Positions 23,761 to 35,700 of a stretch of DNA of 64,000 nt are shown one piece after another. The position numbers and the translations under genes were made by a program. The notes under the pieces were generated by a model. The model searched no databases. It saw nothing but the letters and a program-made list of their open reading frames with translations, and was not told where the DNA came from. The DNA comes from Tubiluchus corallicola (Eukaryota > Animalia > Priapulida), in the NCBI GenBank assembly GCA_030141605.1, contig JAQGDQ010000610.1:1-64000 (forward strand). The letters are read 5' to 3'. Positions within the stretch are counted from its first letter, which is position 1. The number at the start of each line of letters is the position of its first letter.

Positions 23761-25516
23761 CACATGCTAATGCCAGTAGAGAATAGACCTTACAGGTGAT
23801 CTGTGGATCTACTTCTAGTCTTAGCTTTGGTTATGGACATGGATCAAATTGTTTTACGAATGACACTAAATATCTTTTACTTCAACTTGCCTTTACTGTT
23901 CACGAGTCTTGAGATTCAAGTGTTTTGGACTTAGGCTTTGTGCAACCAGTTACCAAATTAAAAAAGGAACTAGTAAACCCTGGGCTCTGTCTCTTGCTAC
24001 GATCTTTCATCTTGTCAAATTATTCGTTGTTGGTTTACTCTCCTCCTAATGTACCAATCTGGTATTAAAATAGGAGGTTTCTTGAACAGAGTTCTATATC
24101 AAGTTTATGTTTAACACTATTTAAATTATTTCCTCTCACGAATGATTCCGGTAACAAGTTCCACATTATCAACTCAGCTTACAAGTGAAAAACTATGCCG
24201 ATACCCATCAGTGTTGACCCTATTTAAGGTTTATCCCCAAACTAAGTAAGCTATTGATGGCAAAACGTTTTGGAAATATTGTAAATTTTAACTTAGATGT
24301 CCCGGGTAGTTTGAGGTTTAGATGGTTTTTTTAACATGTTCTCAGATTGCCAGATCAAAAACATCGCTGAAATCAGTGCTTTAGTAGAAAGATACATCCT
24401 TTATCTGCACACTGATGTAAAGAAAATAACGAACTACCTCATTTTAAGAAAAATAAATTTGTTAAAAGTTGGTGTCAGCATAACGAAAACGAACAAAGAG
24501 TGGGCATATTACGGAAATATTTTTATTTCCATGTTTCCAGAAAGCGATTGTTTTTTACCTACAGCTGTGAGCTACAGCATAGACACAAGCGACGGTTTAG
24601 TAAAAAAAGTTTATACTTTCTGAAAAGTAAAACACGTTTTCCGACTTTCCTTAACCTAAGCCATTTTGCAGATTCTGTGTTTGCTGTCCAGTGGCACTGT
24701 CTGTCAATGCTATTTTGTAACTTTCATTTTTTCTCTCGAAACGCAGGCTGTCGAATCAGCATTATGCAATTGATCATCAGTTGTAGCTGCGTATAGATGT
24801 CGTAGATTGTTATAACGGCGTAGCCTCTGTAGATAGGTTTTAAAGCACAATTTTGTGCAATTTCTGTGCAAAAATTTTAAACGAATTATCCGTGTTTTTA
24901 GTGCACAGCAAAATCGAGCAAGAATAATGATCTTTGCAAAACTGTTTTTTATTTATGATTCGAAAATCTTTAATCCTGAATTCAAATTCGATTCGGATTC
25001 GAAAATGCTGAAATTCGATTTGATTCGAGTTCGAAAGTCAAAAATTTGTTTCAATTCGAATTCACTTGAAACATGGTAGAGAATACTCATCCTTAATGCG
25101 CATAATATTTCTATAATAGATGGTTTGCTGCTTGTTCAAATATATGAAGCATGTCATTTTTTGGACAATTGAAACTCATGTCACCCTTGACTGATCAGAC
25201 TGACTTGAAATTATATTGAAAATAAGGTTTTTTAATTTTTATCATTTGGTAATATTTTCACATTGTAGAATATAGAAATTTCACATGCGGCTACAATACA
25301 CTATCTTATTCACATAAGAACTAAATGTAAAACCTATTCTATACTTGCCATTACTTGGTTATTAAGTCAATTTTTTGTGTATGTTTGCAGCTCAGTTAAA
25401 GACCAATTTTGATGAGCTGGTACGCATCATTGGGACCGATGTCTGTGCGCATTACAACATCGCAAATTTCTCAGTAAATAAAGTTTCTGAACAGGTTAAA
25501 CGTAACACTGCGCACC

Positions 25517-26326
25517 ATGGCAGCAAATTTTTGGAAAAGTTCACATTACAATCAGTGGCTGTTAGAGCGGCAAGTGTTAGTAAGAGAACGTCAAACTGAC
25601 CTTCAAGTTTTGAATGACGATGAGTACCAGAAAGTCATGATATTTTTTGCAAACCTCATCCAGGCTCTTGGCGAGCAGCTGAAGGTGCGTCAGCAGGTAA
25701 TCGCCACGGCAACCGTATATTTCAAACGATTCTACTCCCGTGATTCTTTCAAAAGCATTGATCCGCTGTTAATGGCCCCAACGTGTATTCTTTTGGCCTC
25801 AAAGGTGGAAGAATTCGGTGTGATATCGACAAGTCGTCTTATAACAACTTGTCAGACTGTTATAAAGAATAAGTTTGCATATGCATACCCGCAAGAATTT
25901 ACTTATCGTATCAATCACGTTCTAGAGTGTGAGTTTTTCTTACTAGAAATGATGGATTGCTGTTTAGTTATGTACCATCCCTACCGACCGCTCGCACATT
26001 TTGCTCGAGAAATTGGCGACGAAGACAAACTCTTGCCGCAGGCTTGGAAGATCATTAACGACACCCTGCGGACTGACGTACCCCTACTGTACCCGCCGTA
26101 TCAGATAGCATTGGCCGCACTGCACATGGCTTGCGTTATGCAGCGGAAGGACGCCAAGCAGTGGTTTGCAGAGCTCAGCGTCGACATGGAGAAGATCATG
26201 GAAATAACTCGACAGATACTTGCCTTGTACGAACTGTGGAAAAGCTTTGACGAAAAGAAGGAGATTCTTGTCCTTCTCAATAAGATTCCCAAGCCAAGAA
26301 CAAGCCCAACACCGCCGCAGTCCTGA
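25517..26326 (+). CDS. CCNC: Cyclin C (Mediator CDK8 module), single coding exon, 269 aa
   Basis: MAANFWKSSHYNQW...RQQVIATATVYFKRFY...LASKVEEFG...ECEFFLLEMMDCCLVMYHPYRPL...AKQWFAELSVDMEKI...KIPKP aligns end to end with animal cyclin C. Good Kozak context (ACCATGG) and a 5'-UTR acceptor TTTGCAG at 25390. Confidence 0.98.
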   Translation: MAANFWKSSHYNQWLLERQVLVRERQTDLQVLNDDEYQKVMIFFANLIQALGEQLKVRQQVIATATVYFKRFYSRDSFKSIDPLLMAPTCILLASKVEEFGVISTSRLITTCQTVIKNKFAYAYPQEFTYRINHVLECEFFLLEMMDCCLVMYHPYRPLAHFAREIGDEDKLLPQAWKIINDTLRTDVPLLYPPYQIALAALHMACVMQRKDAKQWFAELSVDMEKIMEITRQILALYELWKSFDEKKEILVLLNKIPKPRTSPTPPQS

Positions 26327-27436
26327 GACGTATTCAATCTTTGTTGTAGCTGGAAGTTTGTAAATTTGAATTTGAATTTGTGGTGAGGCAAAACTTGTTT
26401 GAGCAGCTTGTAAAAAAGAAGAAGATTCTGAAATTCATCTGTGCCTCACCGTGGCAAAAGTTTTGTCACCGTGGCAGAAGTGTACTGTGATATCTATTTT
26501 AAAGAGATTAAGATCCCAATCTGCTGTCAGATGCAAAGTACTGCAAATGAACTGAGTTATGAATTGCCAGTACTGTAATTCATATTAACCATTATTTTTA
26601 AAGCATCGGGAATCAAAATGTGCTGGGTGTTAGGCAATTACGCACCCAGGTGTATCAAGCCATTATGACAATCTGGACTGATAGCTGAGTCCCGCCTATC
26701 TCAATTATGGATTTATGGCTGTTATCTAGATGAAGCATAATGCACAGTTACTTGTGGCGTGTTAGTAGGACTATTACTTAACAACTATGGCGTCATTATT
26801 TTAAAATTACATGTATTTGCATACGCTTATACATAAGTGACTGCACAGCTGTTTGTGGTGTAGTACTTTATACATAATAATTGTACTTGTTATATGGCGT
26901 TTATATAAAAATGCACTCGATAACTTGTTGTGGTGTGTTATAAAATATGTGCTTCTTATGTTTTATGGTACGCGTTGTCTGAGGAGAATAAGAATTTTTT
27001 CACCACTGAGCCTCTAATATCTGGCACCACTCTCGTCACGCCCTAATTAGCCTATTATTAAATACACCCTGGCTGAAAACTACTTCCAGTAAGCAAGTCA
27101 AAAGATATCAACTAAGGCTATTTTGCTAGGAAATTAATTATGAGCATTATGCTTTTCTGGACTGTTGCCAAAACTTGCTTTGATGATGCTTTGAGTTTCC
27201 AATAAGTCATGGATGCGATCCTTACAGTTGTGCCATTCAGAGTTGGCTAAGTTGGTTTGTGCAAAGAGACATTATTTAATTCTCGTATTTCAAAAGTTAT
27301 CAAAAATTGGACGAAAGTTTACAATTCCCCATGCACAAGAAATTAGTTTGTGAAGCAGATTAGGATTAGGGTTTGGATTTGGATTAGGGTCATAGTCGCA
27401 CGAGCCAGGGGTGCTGGGAGGGCTCCAGCCCTCCAT

Positions 27437-29454
27437 ATTTGGGCAAATACATTTTTTGGGGCATTCACCAAATTTTTCGGGAACCGGCCAAATGATGAAA
27501 AAATAAAATAATATTTTTCATAAAAGGAAATCTCGAAATTTCTAATGTTTGAAACATTAATTGGCAAAAGAGATGCTTGCTAACAGAAAATGGGTCTGTT
27601 GTTATTTGTTGTTATCAATCAACCCGAATGACTAGTTATCAAACTACCAAATCTGGTCAATTACAGCACACGTCTGGCGCTTTATAAGCACATGTGCTGC
27701 TAGAACTAACTGTTTGTAGTGTGTTATAATCTTTTAACAACTAGCCAGATTAACAGCAGTGGGATGGCAGCGTGTTCTCCTTGCTACTGCTGCTATTGTG
27801 GTGGTGTGCTAGACAGAACTTGGAAGCTGTCAAATGAACTGCCCAAAATCCAGGCATTTTTTTGATCATGGGGTAGGGTGAGGCAATTCCTTACTCTGGA
27901 CTTTCTTTGGGTTGGCACTGTTGGGAATTGTAAACTACTTCCAATCTTTTTCAGGTGAGTGGTTGCAAATTACAGAAGGAATTTTCGTTGAAAAACTCTA
28001 TTTGCATGCGTTAGACTTTACCCTAAAATTGTAAAATGTGACGTGACATAAGATGGGAAGTTTTATGTACAGTCAAAGCTTGTTATGTCCCACTCCCTTA
28101 TACTGCCAACCTCGCTTAACACCCAAATTTTTGGCACAAACAAAACATCTATGTTTGCATAGACATGTGTGTATTGATGCACCTCATTATAATGCCAACT
28201 TGTCTGGAGTCCCAAAGTGGACAGTATAAAGATGCTTCATTGTACTCTAAAATTTAATAAGAAATATTGAACTTTTTTTCTGCACGTGCTCAACTATTTT
28301 ACAGTTATAGAAAAAGCTTGGTGTCACTCTGAGCACATTTTGCAAAGTGCCTTGCTTAATCTGGCTATATATTGGTAATGTTAATATAAGTTTACTTAAC
28401 GCAAAGGTAAAGGTAGCAAGTGTAAGAGTGAACGTTATGCAAAACTCATTTCAAATTAAATTGTTTTGTTTTTGTGAATAAACGTGAAGTTACAGGAATA
28501 ATGCCACTCTGGTTATTGTAATAATCCTTTTCAAGTTTCGTTGTACGCTTGTGCAGTTGCTGTAGGTCAAGGGTTACGTGTGCCACAGCAACGCATGTTA
28601 TCTACAACCGCCACGTGACATGTGATTAAAGCAAAGCCGTCTGCATCATCAGTTCAGTAACTACGTGGTCTTTACTTTATTATGCATTAGTCTGTGTATA
28701 GAGTGATTTACTAGCTGGATCTTGCTTGGGAACAAGGAAAATGAACTAGATAAGGTTCTAGCTAGCTGTTAAAACTGTTCTATTACAGTAGCGTGGGCTG
28801 CTAGGCATTGTCAAGTGTACACAAAGGCGTTTACTGGTACACTTAACCCTTTGACCTTTTCACGATCACCATCAATCGCTGGAATTGTGAAAAGGTTTGT
28901 TACAGTGTGTTAATTCTTCTTAGTCAGCTTGTGTAACACTTTTGTTCAAACCGAACTACGATGATCGCAAAATGTACTGCGTTATAATCTAGTCACACAT
29001 GGATCTCATAGGTTTAGCATAGCAACACCAAAATTATGGAAGGATTTACCAATTTATGCGCATAAAATGACTAATGTTGAAAGCTTCAAATCCTTTCTTA
29101 ACACTTATTTTTACAAAGAAGTCTTTTGGATTAATTAAGAATTTAATATGGGTTTAAAGTATTGGTGTTTGGGCTGTTTTCTAGTGACTTTAATGTACAT
29201 GTATTACGATTTTAGCTTTATCTATAATAGTACTGTTTATGTGTTAGGATTTATGTATGTAAAATGCCTTTGACCATTTTACTGTTAATGCATTTTAAAT
29301 GACTAATAAATTATTATTATTGCGGCTCGTTTTTGTACAATGTGAAGCACGTTGGCTATCTCTTAGCAAGGAATCTGCCACGAACGCATGACTATTTGTT
29401 GCTAATGTTGTACAATGCACCATTGTACTGATTTGAGTTAATTTATGCTTATTG
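27437..29454 (+). repeat. Source locus of the 2-kb segment duplicated at 519-2545
   Basis: Continues a MITE-like end that begins at ~27390, so this is the unbroken copy. Contains a Harbinger-like MITE, an L2 3' fragment and an exon-like block ending CAG|GTGAGT at 27954. Confidence 0.9.
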
Positions 29455-30129
29455 TATCAAAAATAAGAAATAATCTTATGCTTTATCTAGCTGATTTGCA
29501 CTATTTTGGCTATGCGTTATTATAGTCGTTTATTTGTAAAAGCAGCAAATTATGGTACAGAATAATTTATTCATTGAATAAATTGCTAAAGGCAGAGTGT
29601 TGTGAATGAACCGAAGCTGTGCTACTTCTTCAGTGTTTAGTGTAGAGGTCTCGTATGTCTTATTCAGCCTGCAGTCTTGAGGTGTGTGATCGGTACAAAT
29701 TAAACTGAAGGCCTGAAAAACGTCGACCCCACAAACACATTGAAGCTATCCTGAAGGGCAGAGCGCAGGCTAAAATTATCCAATATACCAATGATCTGCA
29801 TTCATATTGCAAACTTGTGAGTTGTGCTACAGCTGCAAGACGTGTTAGACGATTTTGAGTTCAACCCTGATTTCTTCATGTCTCCGATTATACCTCTCTG
29901 CGGTTGTGTCCACACTGAAGGTATAATGCTACAGATTTATTATTGAACAAGGAAGAATTGATGTAATAAATTTTTAATACTGCTACTTATTGTTTCTGCA
30001 CCAATCCTGCAGAAGGTCATGCTACCCCTTTTACTTGCTATTAATGTTACGATAATAAAGTCTTATGTCTTTTAATAAAAACTAATTACTATTTTGATGA
30101 GTGATTACTTCAAGAATTTTCTTAATATT

Positions 30130-30243
30130 CTCCCACGTGGCCCGCGCAAAAAGGGACGGAATACAAAAATGGCTGAAATGATATTTGCGTGATCTCTCAT
30201 ATTACCAAACGTGCAATGTTGTCAAAAAGCTAAGACTGTTATG
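30130..30243 (+). promoter_or_regulatory. Candidate tepsin promoter / non-coding first exon
   Basis: Cluster of CCACGTGG (E-box), CCCGCGCAAAA (E2F-like) and AAAATGGCTG (YY1-like), just downstream of AATAAA signals and followed by a strong G|GTAAGT donor at 30243. Confidence 0.4.
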
Positions 30244-31434
30244 GTAAGTGTGAGCTGTTTGGACTTTTAGCGAAACGTAGACGATTATACGTGTCAAATG
30301 GTGTTCACATTGTTCAGTTTGATGCCATCGTAAAACTGGTGTTTTTGTATGATACAGAAATTTGGGCTTTTGGTAATATGGTTTTGGTGATGAAACTGTA
30401 TTCGAGATTCATTAAAATTAATTATCACCCGAGTTATGCTTGATAACTCCCACAATTTTAATTGTGGTGAATTGGCTTGCTTCGTTACTAGTATTGATGT
30501 TAGGTGTCGATGTTTAAATTTTTGTTTTAAATTGCGTAAATGAAAGTCAAACTGACAAAATGTGTAAAATATGCTATGACTGTATGCAATGCCAATACTC
30601 CGCAACAGTGACATTATATTTTCGCACCTCCTGTTTTGTAGATCATTATTCATGCAGGTCGTTATTCGGTTTATTAGCACACATGTAACAACTGATTGAA
30701 TTTATTTGTGTCAGTTTTCCTTTCTTGCAGTATGTAAAGCTACACAAATTTCATTATATTATTATAATATATTGACAACAAATTGCTTGCTTACTTACTT
30801 ATTAGTATAGTCCAGTAAGATTTAGTTTCACTTTTTCTGAATCTTCAGATTTTACTCTCAATTTGGGCTTTTTCACTGGTTTCACTAAATGACCTGACGA
30901 TGTACTTTCCTGTCGCTGAGCAATGATGTGACCACACTTTTGTGAATGACCGGTTAAAGTAACTGCGAAGATTGCTTTGGTTGACTGGCAACAAAAACAC
31001 AATAAGATGTAACTAGATCTTAATGAAATGAAGGTCAAAAAAGGGTCACTTGTCGAGTTTTTATCCATTGCATTGATTTAAAATTACAGTTTGAAAATTA
31101 CGGAATTATACATTATGCACTTACGTGCCGAATTCTGATCTCATTGTGGCCCTTTATTTTGTGCTGTGCTCTTGATTGTGGTGTAGTGTTGTGTTGGTTA
31201 CGAGAGACAATGATTGAAGTCAACACAGACGCCTTGAACTGCAGGTTAATTTCTACCGTTTGTTTATTTCAAAGTTAAAACACACTTTTTAACTTTTCAG
31301 TTCACAGCACAATACAATGCAGGTGAATTTAGTTTCCACTGTGCCAAACCCAAAATGTAATACTGTAATAATGAATTGTTTCTAGTGAGCCAAACAGTAT
31401 GCCAAAACTCAGAGGCAGTTTTAGAAGTTTGCCT

Positions 31435-32321
31435 GCCTTACAAGTATGTCATTGTTAGTGTGAGAGAGAGAGTACCGGTCAGTCTGCCTCCCTTACAAGC
31501 ATAGTGTCAGTGTTAGTCTGAGAGAGAGTGCCGGTCAGTCTGCCTCCCTTACAAGCATAGTGTCAGTGTTAGTCTGAGAGAGAGTGCCGGTCAGTCTGCC
31601 TCCCTTACAAGCATAGTGTCAGTGTTAGTCTGAGAGAGAGTGCCGGTCAGTCTGCCTCCCTTACATGCATAGTGTCAGTGTTAGTCTGAGAGAGTGTCAG
31701 TCAGTCTGCCTCTTTTACAAGCATAGTGTCATTGTTAGTGTGAGAGAGAGTGTCAGTCAGTCTGCCTCTTTTACAAGCATAGTGTCATTGTTAGTCTGAG
31801 AGAGAGTGCCGGTCAGTCTGCCTCCCTTACAAGACTAGTGTCATTGTTAGTCTGAGAGAGAGTGCCGGTCAGTCTGCCTCCCTTACATGCATAGTGTCAG
31901 TGTTAGTCTGAGAGAGTGTCAGTCAGTCTGCCTCTTTTACAAGCATAGTGTCATTGTTAGTGTGAGAGAGAGTACCGGTCAGTCTGTCTCCCTTACAAGC
32001 ATAGTGTCAGTGTTAGTCTGAGAGAGAGTGCCAGTCAGTCTGCCTCCCTTACAAGACTAGTGTCATTGTTAGTCTGAGAGAGAGTGCCAGTCAGTCTGCC
32101 TCCCTTACAAGCATAGTGTCATTGTTAGTCTGAGAGAGAGTGCCGGTCAGTCTGCCTCCCTTACAAGACTAGTGTCATTGTTAGTCTGAGAGAGAGTGCC
32201 AGTCAGTCAGCCTCCCTTACAAGACTAGTGTCACTGTTAGTCTGAGAGAGAGTGCCAGTCAGTCAGCCTCCCTTACAAGAATAGTGTCATTGTTAGTCTG
32301 AGAGAGAGTGCCGGTCAGTCT
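31435..32321 (+). repeat. 56-bp minisatellite (~16 units, some 54 bp)
   Basis: Unit CCTTACAAGCATAGTGTCAGTGTTAGTCTGAGAGAGAGTGCCGGTCAGTCTGCCTC. Length variants arise in the internal GA run. Confidence 0.95.
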
Positions 32322-32762
32322 GTTCTGCTCCCTGTCTCAGCTCTCATGTTTATAAAACAGCCGCTACACCCTACTAAGCCAGGAAATAAAAAATCTGTTT
32401 TTTTTCTAGTTTTGCCAGGTAGTGCAAACACTTAACTAGGTGAACAATCCCAGTTGTGTAGCTCAGTACCTGGCAACTCTGTTCCACTGACGTATACATG
32501 TATACAAGATTGCGGGAAAAAGCATAAAACTGAGATTGTAGGGAAAATCAATAACTCAACATTATGAAGTATAACATTGCCAGAAGCATGTAATGCCATG
32601 CATCCAACTGTCTATCGAGATGAAACTTGTATCATTTACTTTCATTACAGGTTCTTATTATAATACTGTCTACTGCTATCTAAATTCTAAACGTTCAGCA
32701 TGTCATCTCTACCTGCAGATGCGAAACCGCAGACCGATAAAAATGTTGGAATTTTCAACAAG

Positions 32763-35700
32763 ATGGCATTTCTTGAAGACGTAAGTTTCATTAGTTGCCG
32801 GTTCACTTAGTTTTCAACATGTCCATTTGCGCACAGTTTATGATGATTTAAAGGCCTGTGTAACCCCAACAGACGTATTAAGTATTATTTTGATTACACA
32901 AAAAATTCATAGTTATTTTTAAATAAAGGAAATTTATAAATTATTTAACTTACTTGTTTCTGGCAAATTTCGAATGTGTGCGTTGCAGTAAAGATTGACC
33001 GGTCTTTGGAGCGAGTGAGCGAGAATGATGTACGAGGTACAGAAAGCATCTTTGGTTACCAATGTTTGGTTACCGATCTTTGGTGACCCCGTGACTGTAC
33101 TTATAACAACTTGTCATTTGTGTTGCACAACAAAAATGGCAGTTTTTCAAATTTAATACCGCTAACAGTAAAGTGATAAAAAATCAATGGAATCAAGTTT
33201 TACTGTAAGTTTATAATAAAATAAATTGAATATTCGTGACGAGAGTATGATTTTAAGTTGTAAAAGTTTATATTATAGTGAGGATTTAGTTTGACTTTAA
33301 ATAAAGCATATCATTCTTTATTTGTACCGTACTAGTTACATTGAAAGCTGCATCATTGTCAGTAATGTAGAACGGAAAAAGCCTCAGCTTAGCATTGTCT
33401 CGATATTTAATTCTAATTCATGTTTAATTAATTTGTTTGTACAAAAATGGCTATATAACACTAAGCGAAGCTGACACCAAAGTGTAAAACAAGATTAGCA
33501 GAAAAGTTTTTTTGGATAGACATTCAGCCATTACTGGAAGTTGATTTATTCACTAACGGTGCATTCATTCAGATTAGCTAGTTTTCTGTCGCGAGTTTTC
33601 TTTCTGACAGTAACTCGCAAGTGTGAACTGCTTTGCGAATAATTGTCGGCAAGGAATTGCAACTGTTGTCTAAGCTGAATGCCTCAGCGAGTTACTCTCA
33701 ACACTGCTCACATGAATAGCGTGAGAAAATGACTCAAGAAAATGGTTGCTGAATCATCCCTGATACATTACATACACGTATTGTTTTATTTAGCCTGGTA
33801 ACTTGCTTATCACATATAAAAGTAATGGTATCGTAGACAAACAATACATATTTTATGCTAATTGCTTTAATTATATACAAATGATAATAAATCATTGCAC
33901 TTTAGTTATAAACTTTCCGCAAGCTGTTTGGTGAGTGTTAAGGGAAAACTGGACGATTTAGACTCAATCTCATTTTAATTTACTATCTAAAATATACATT
34001 TTCTTGCCTATAAAAGTTAACAATTGTTCCTTATATTTGAATAATTAGCTTAGAAAGTTAATTAACGGCAACCGAACACAGCTATTGCTTACATCAGAAA
34101 CTAACCACAGTTTGTGCAATGGAATGCGTCTTCCCTTGCGCGTCAAGCACGTTTGCGTAAGTGTTACTGCTTAAATGCATGATGTCACGAAAAATGGGCT
34201 TTACATCATATGACGTCGTGAAAATAACACAGCAGTTCACGATCATGCTTACTGTCGGAGAGTAACTCGCAGCAAGTTTTGCCATCTAGTGTGAACATGC
34301 TTGCTAGTCACCAGTCTGAACATATCGTAAGAACTAGGCTTGCTTATTGACGTTACCGTGGCAACACTCCTACCCCACAATGCATTGAAAGCTTTCGTAA
34401 GTTACAGTATGAACAACAAAGTTGTTTATAATTTCAACAAGACATTATGGCAGGTAATTGACGAAAAAGCCTTTTTACGGGCAGTTGACAGATGAAAAAG
34501 GTTTTACGGCCTAGAAGATTTATAATAATACGAGTACAAGATCACCGTTCTGTTTCCTTTTCATGGTTTCATTTCCTTCTTTCTACAAAGACAGTTTGTT
34601 TGCACTTCCACTGGTCTATTTTCAAACTTCTAAACGATACTAAACCTCTAATGTCAAACCCGAACCACATGAAGTTTAAAGATTTCAAATTGAAGACTGC
34701 AAAATTAAGTGTCGTGTCATCATTTGTTATTTTTAAATCCAAAAATGAACCTGCATGAACAGATCCAACCTAGTTAGTACCATAGATGTTTTTGGGAGCA
34801 CTGTAAGCTCACTTTCCCGTATTTAAGCACATTTTGGAGGCCTCAAATGAGATCTAAATTCTGGTACCTAGACGTCCTCAAACCTGAAAAATTCTGTTTT
34901 AATAATTATATTTTACCTCCACTTACCTAGGTAATATTCATTGTATTCTATTGTAGTAGTTATATATCTTAAAAGCAAGTTCATATTACAATGCAATGCG
35001 GATGACCCATTAATTAGGCTTAATATATTTAGTGTCAAGATTATCTACCCAGCAAAATAGTAAAACATAAAACTGACTTGAGACTGTTAAGTTTACAGCC
35101 CACTCACTATTCGTACAAAATTTAATAAGTTTGCGTGCGTGCTCATTTTTCCTACCGGACACAGCTAAATGACAGAACGTCTCAGCCACACGTGCATTTT
35201 ACTGTATTGTAGACCATTTTGCGGTTACTAGAAGTTATTTCCTCAGGCAAATTCACTAGTTTAAAACTCACTATGTAACCTCAAGCTTGTGATTCATAAT
35301 TTTACTTCTACCATGAAAGAGGGCAGCCCAGCCCCTTGGGCCCACCCCCTAAATGCAGAAGTGCAGTTACAGTTAGCTAAAAACTGTCTAGACAACGGAA
35401 ATCGATAAGAGAATCGACACAATGTAAGTGACATACATAAACATAACATAACATATGTAAGTGATATACATAAACATAACATAACATATGTAAGTGATAT
35501 ACATAAACATAACATAACATATGTAAGTGATATACATAAACATAACATAACATATGTAAGTGATATACATAAACATAACTTCACTATACAAATCAGCTGA
35601 CTAATCGGGGATTGTGCAAACAAACAAGAAGTTGGTGTGTTTCTTGGATTACTGATAAAACATTTTATTTAGCCATAAAATTTTTTTTTTAAATAATTCT

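Noticed and set aside
25375-26391. ORFs 25375-25599 (+) and 26101-26391 (-)
   Set aside because: Alternative-frame and antisense shadows of cyclin C.
34447-34459. ATGGCAG|GTAATT as an alternative tepsin first exon
   Set aside because: Its phase 1 end is incompatible with the phase 0 exon at 35883. The 32719-32780 exon fits tepsin homology better.
35294-35623. ORFs with LCLCISLTYVM / VMFMYITYICY repeats
   Set aside because: Translation of a 33-bp intronic minisatellite.
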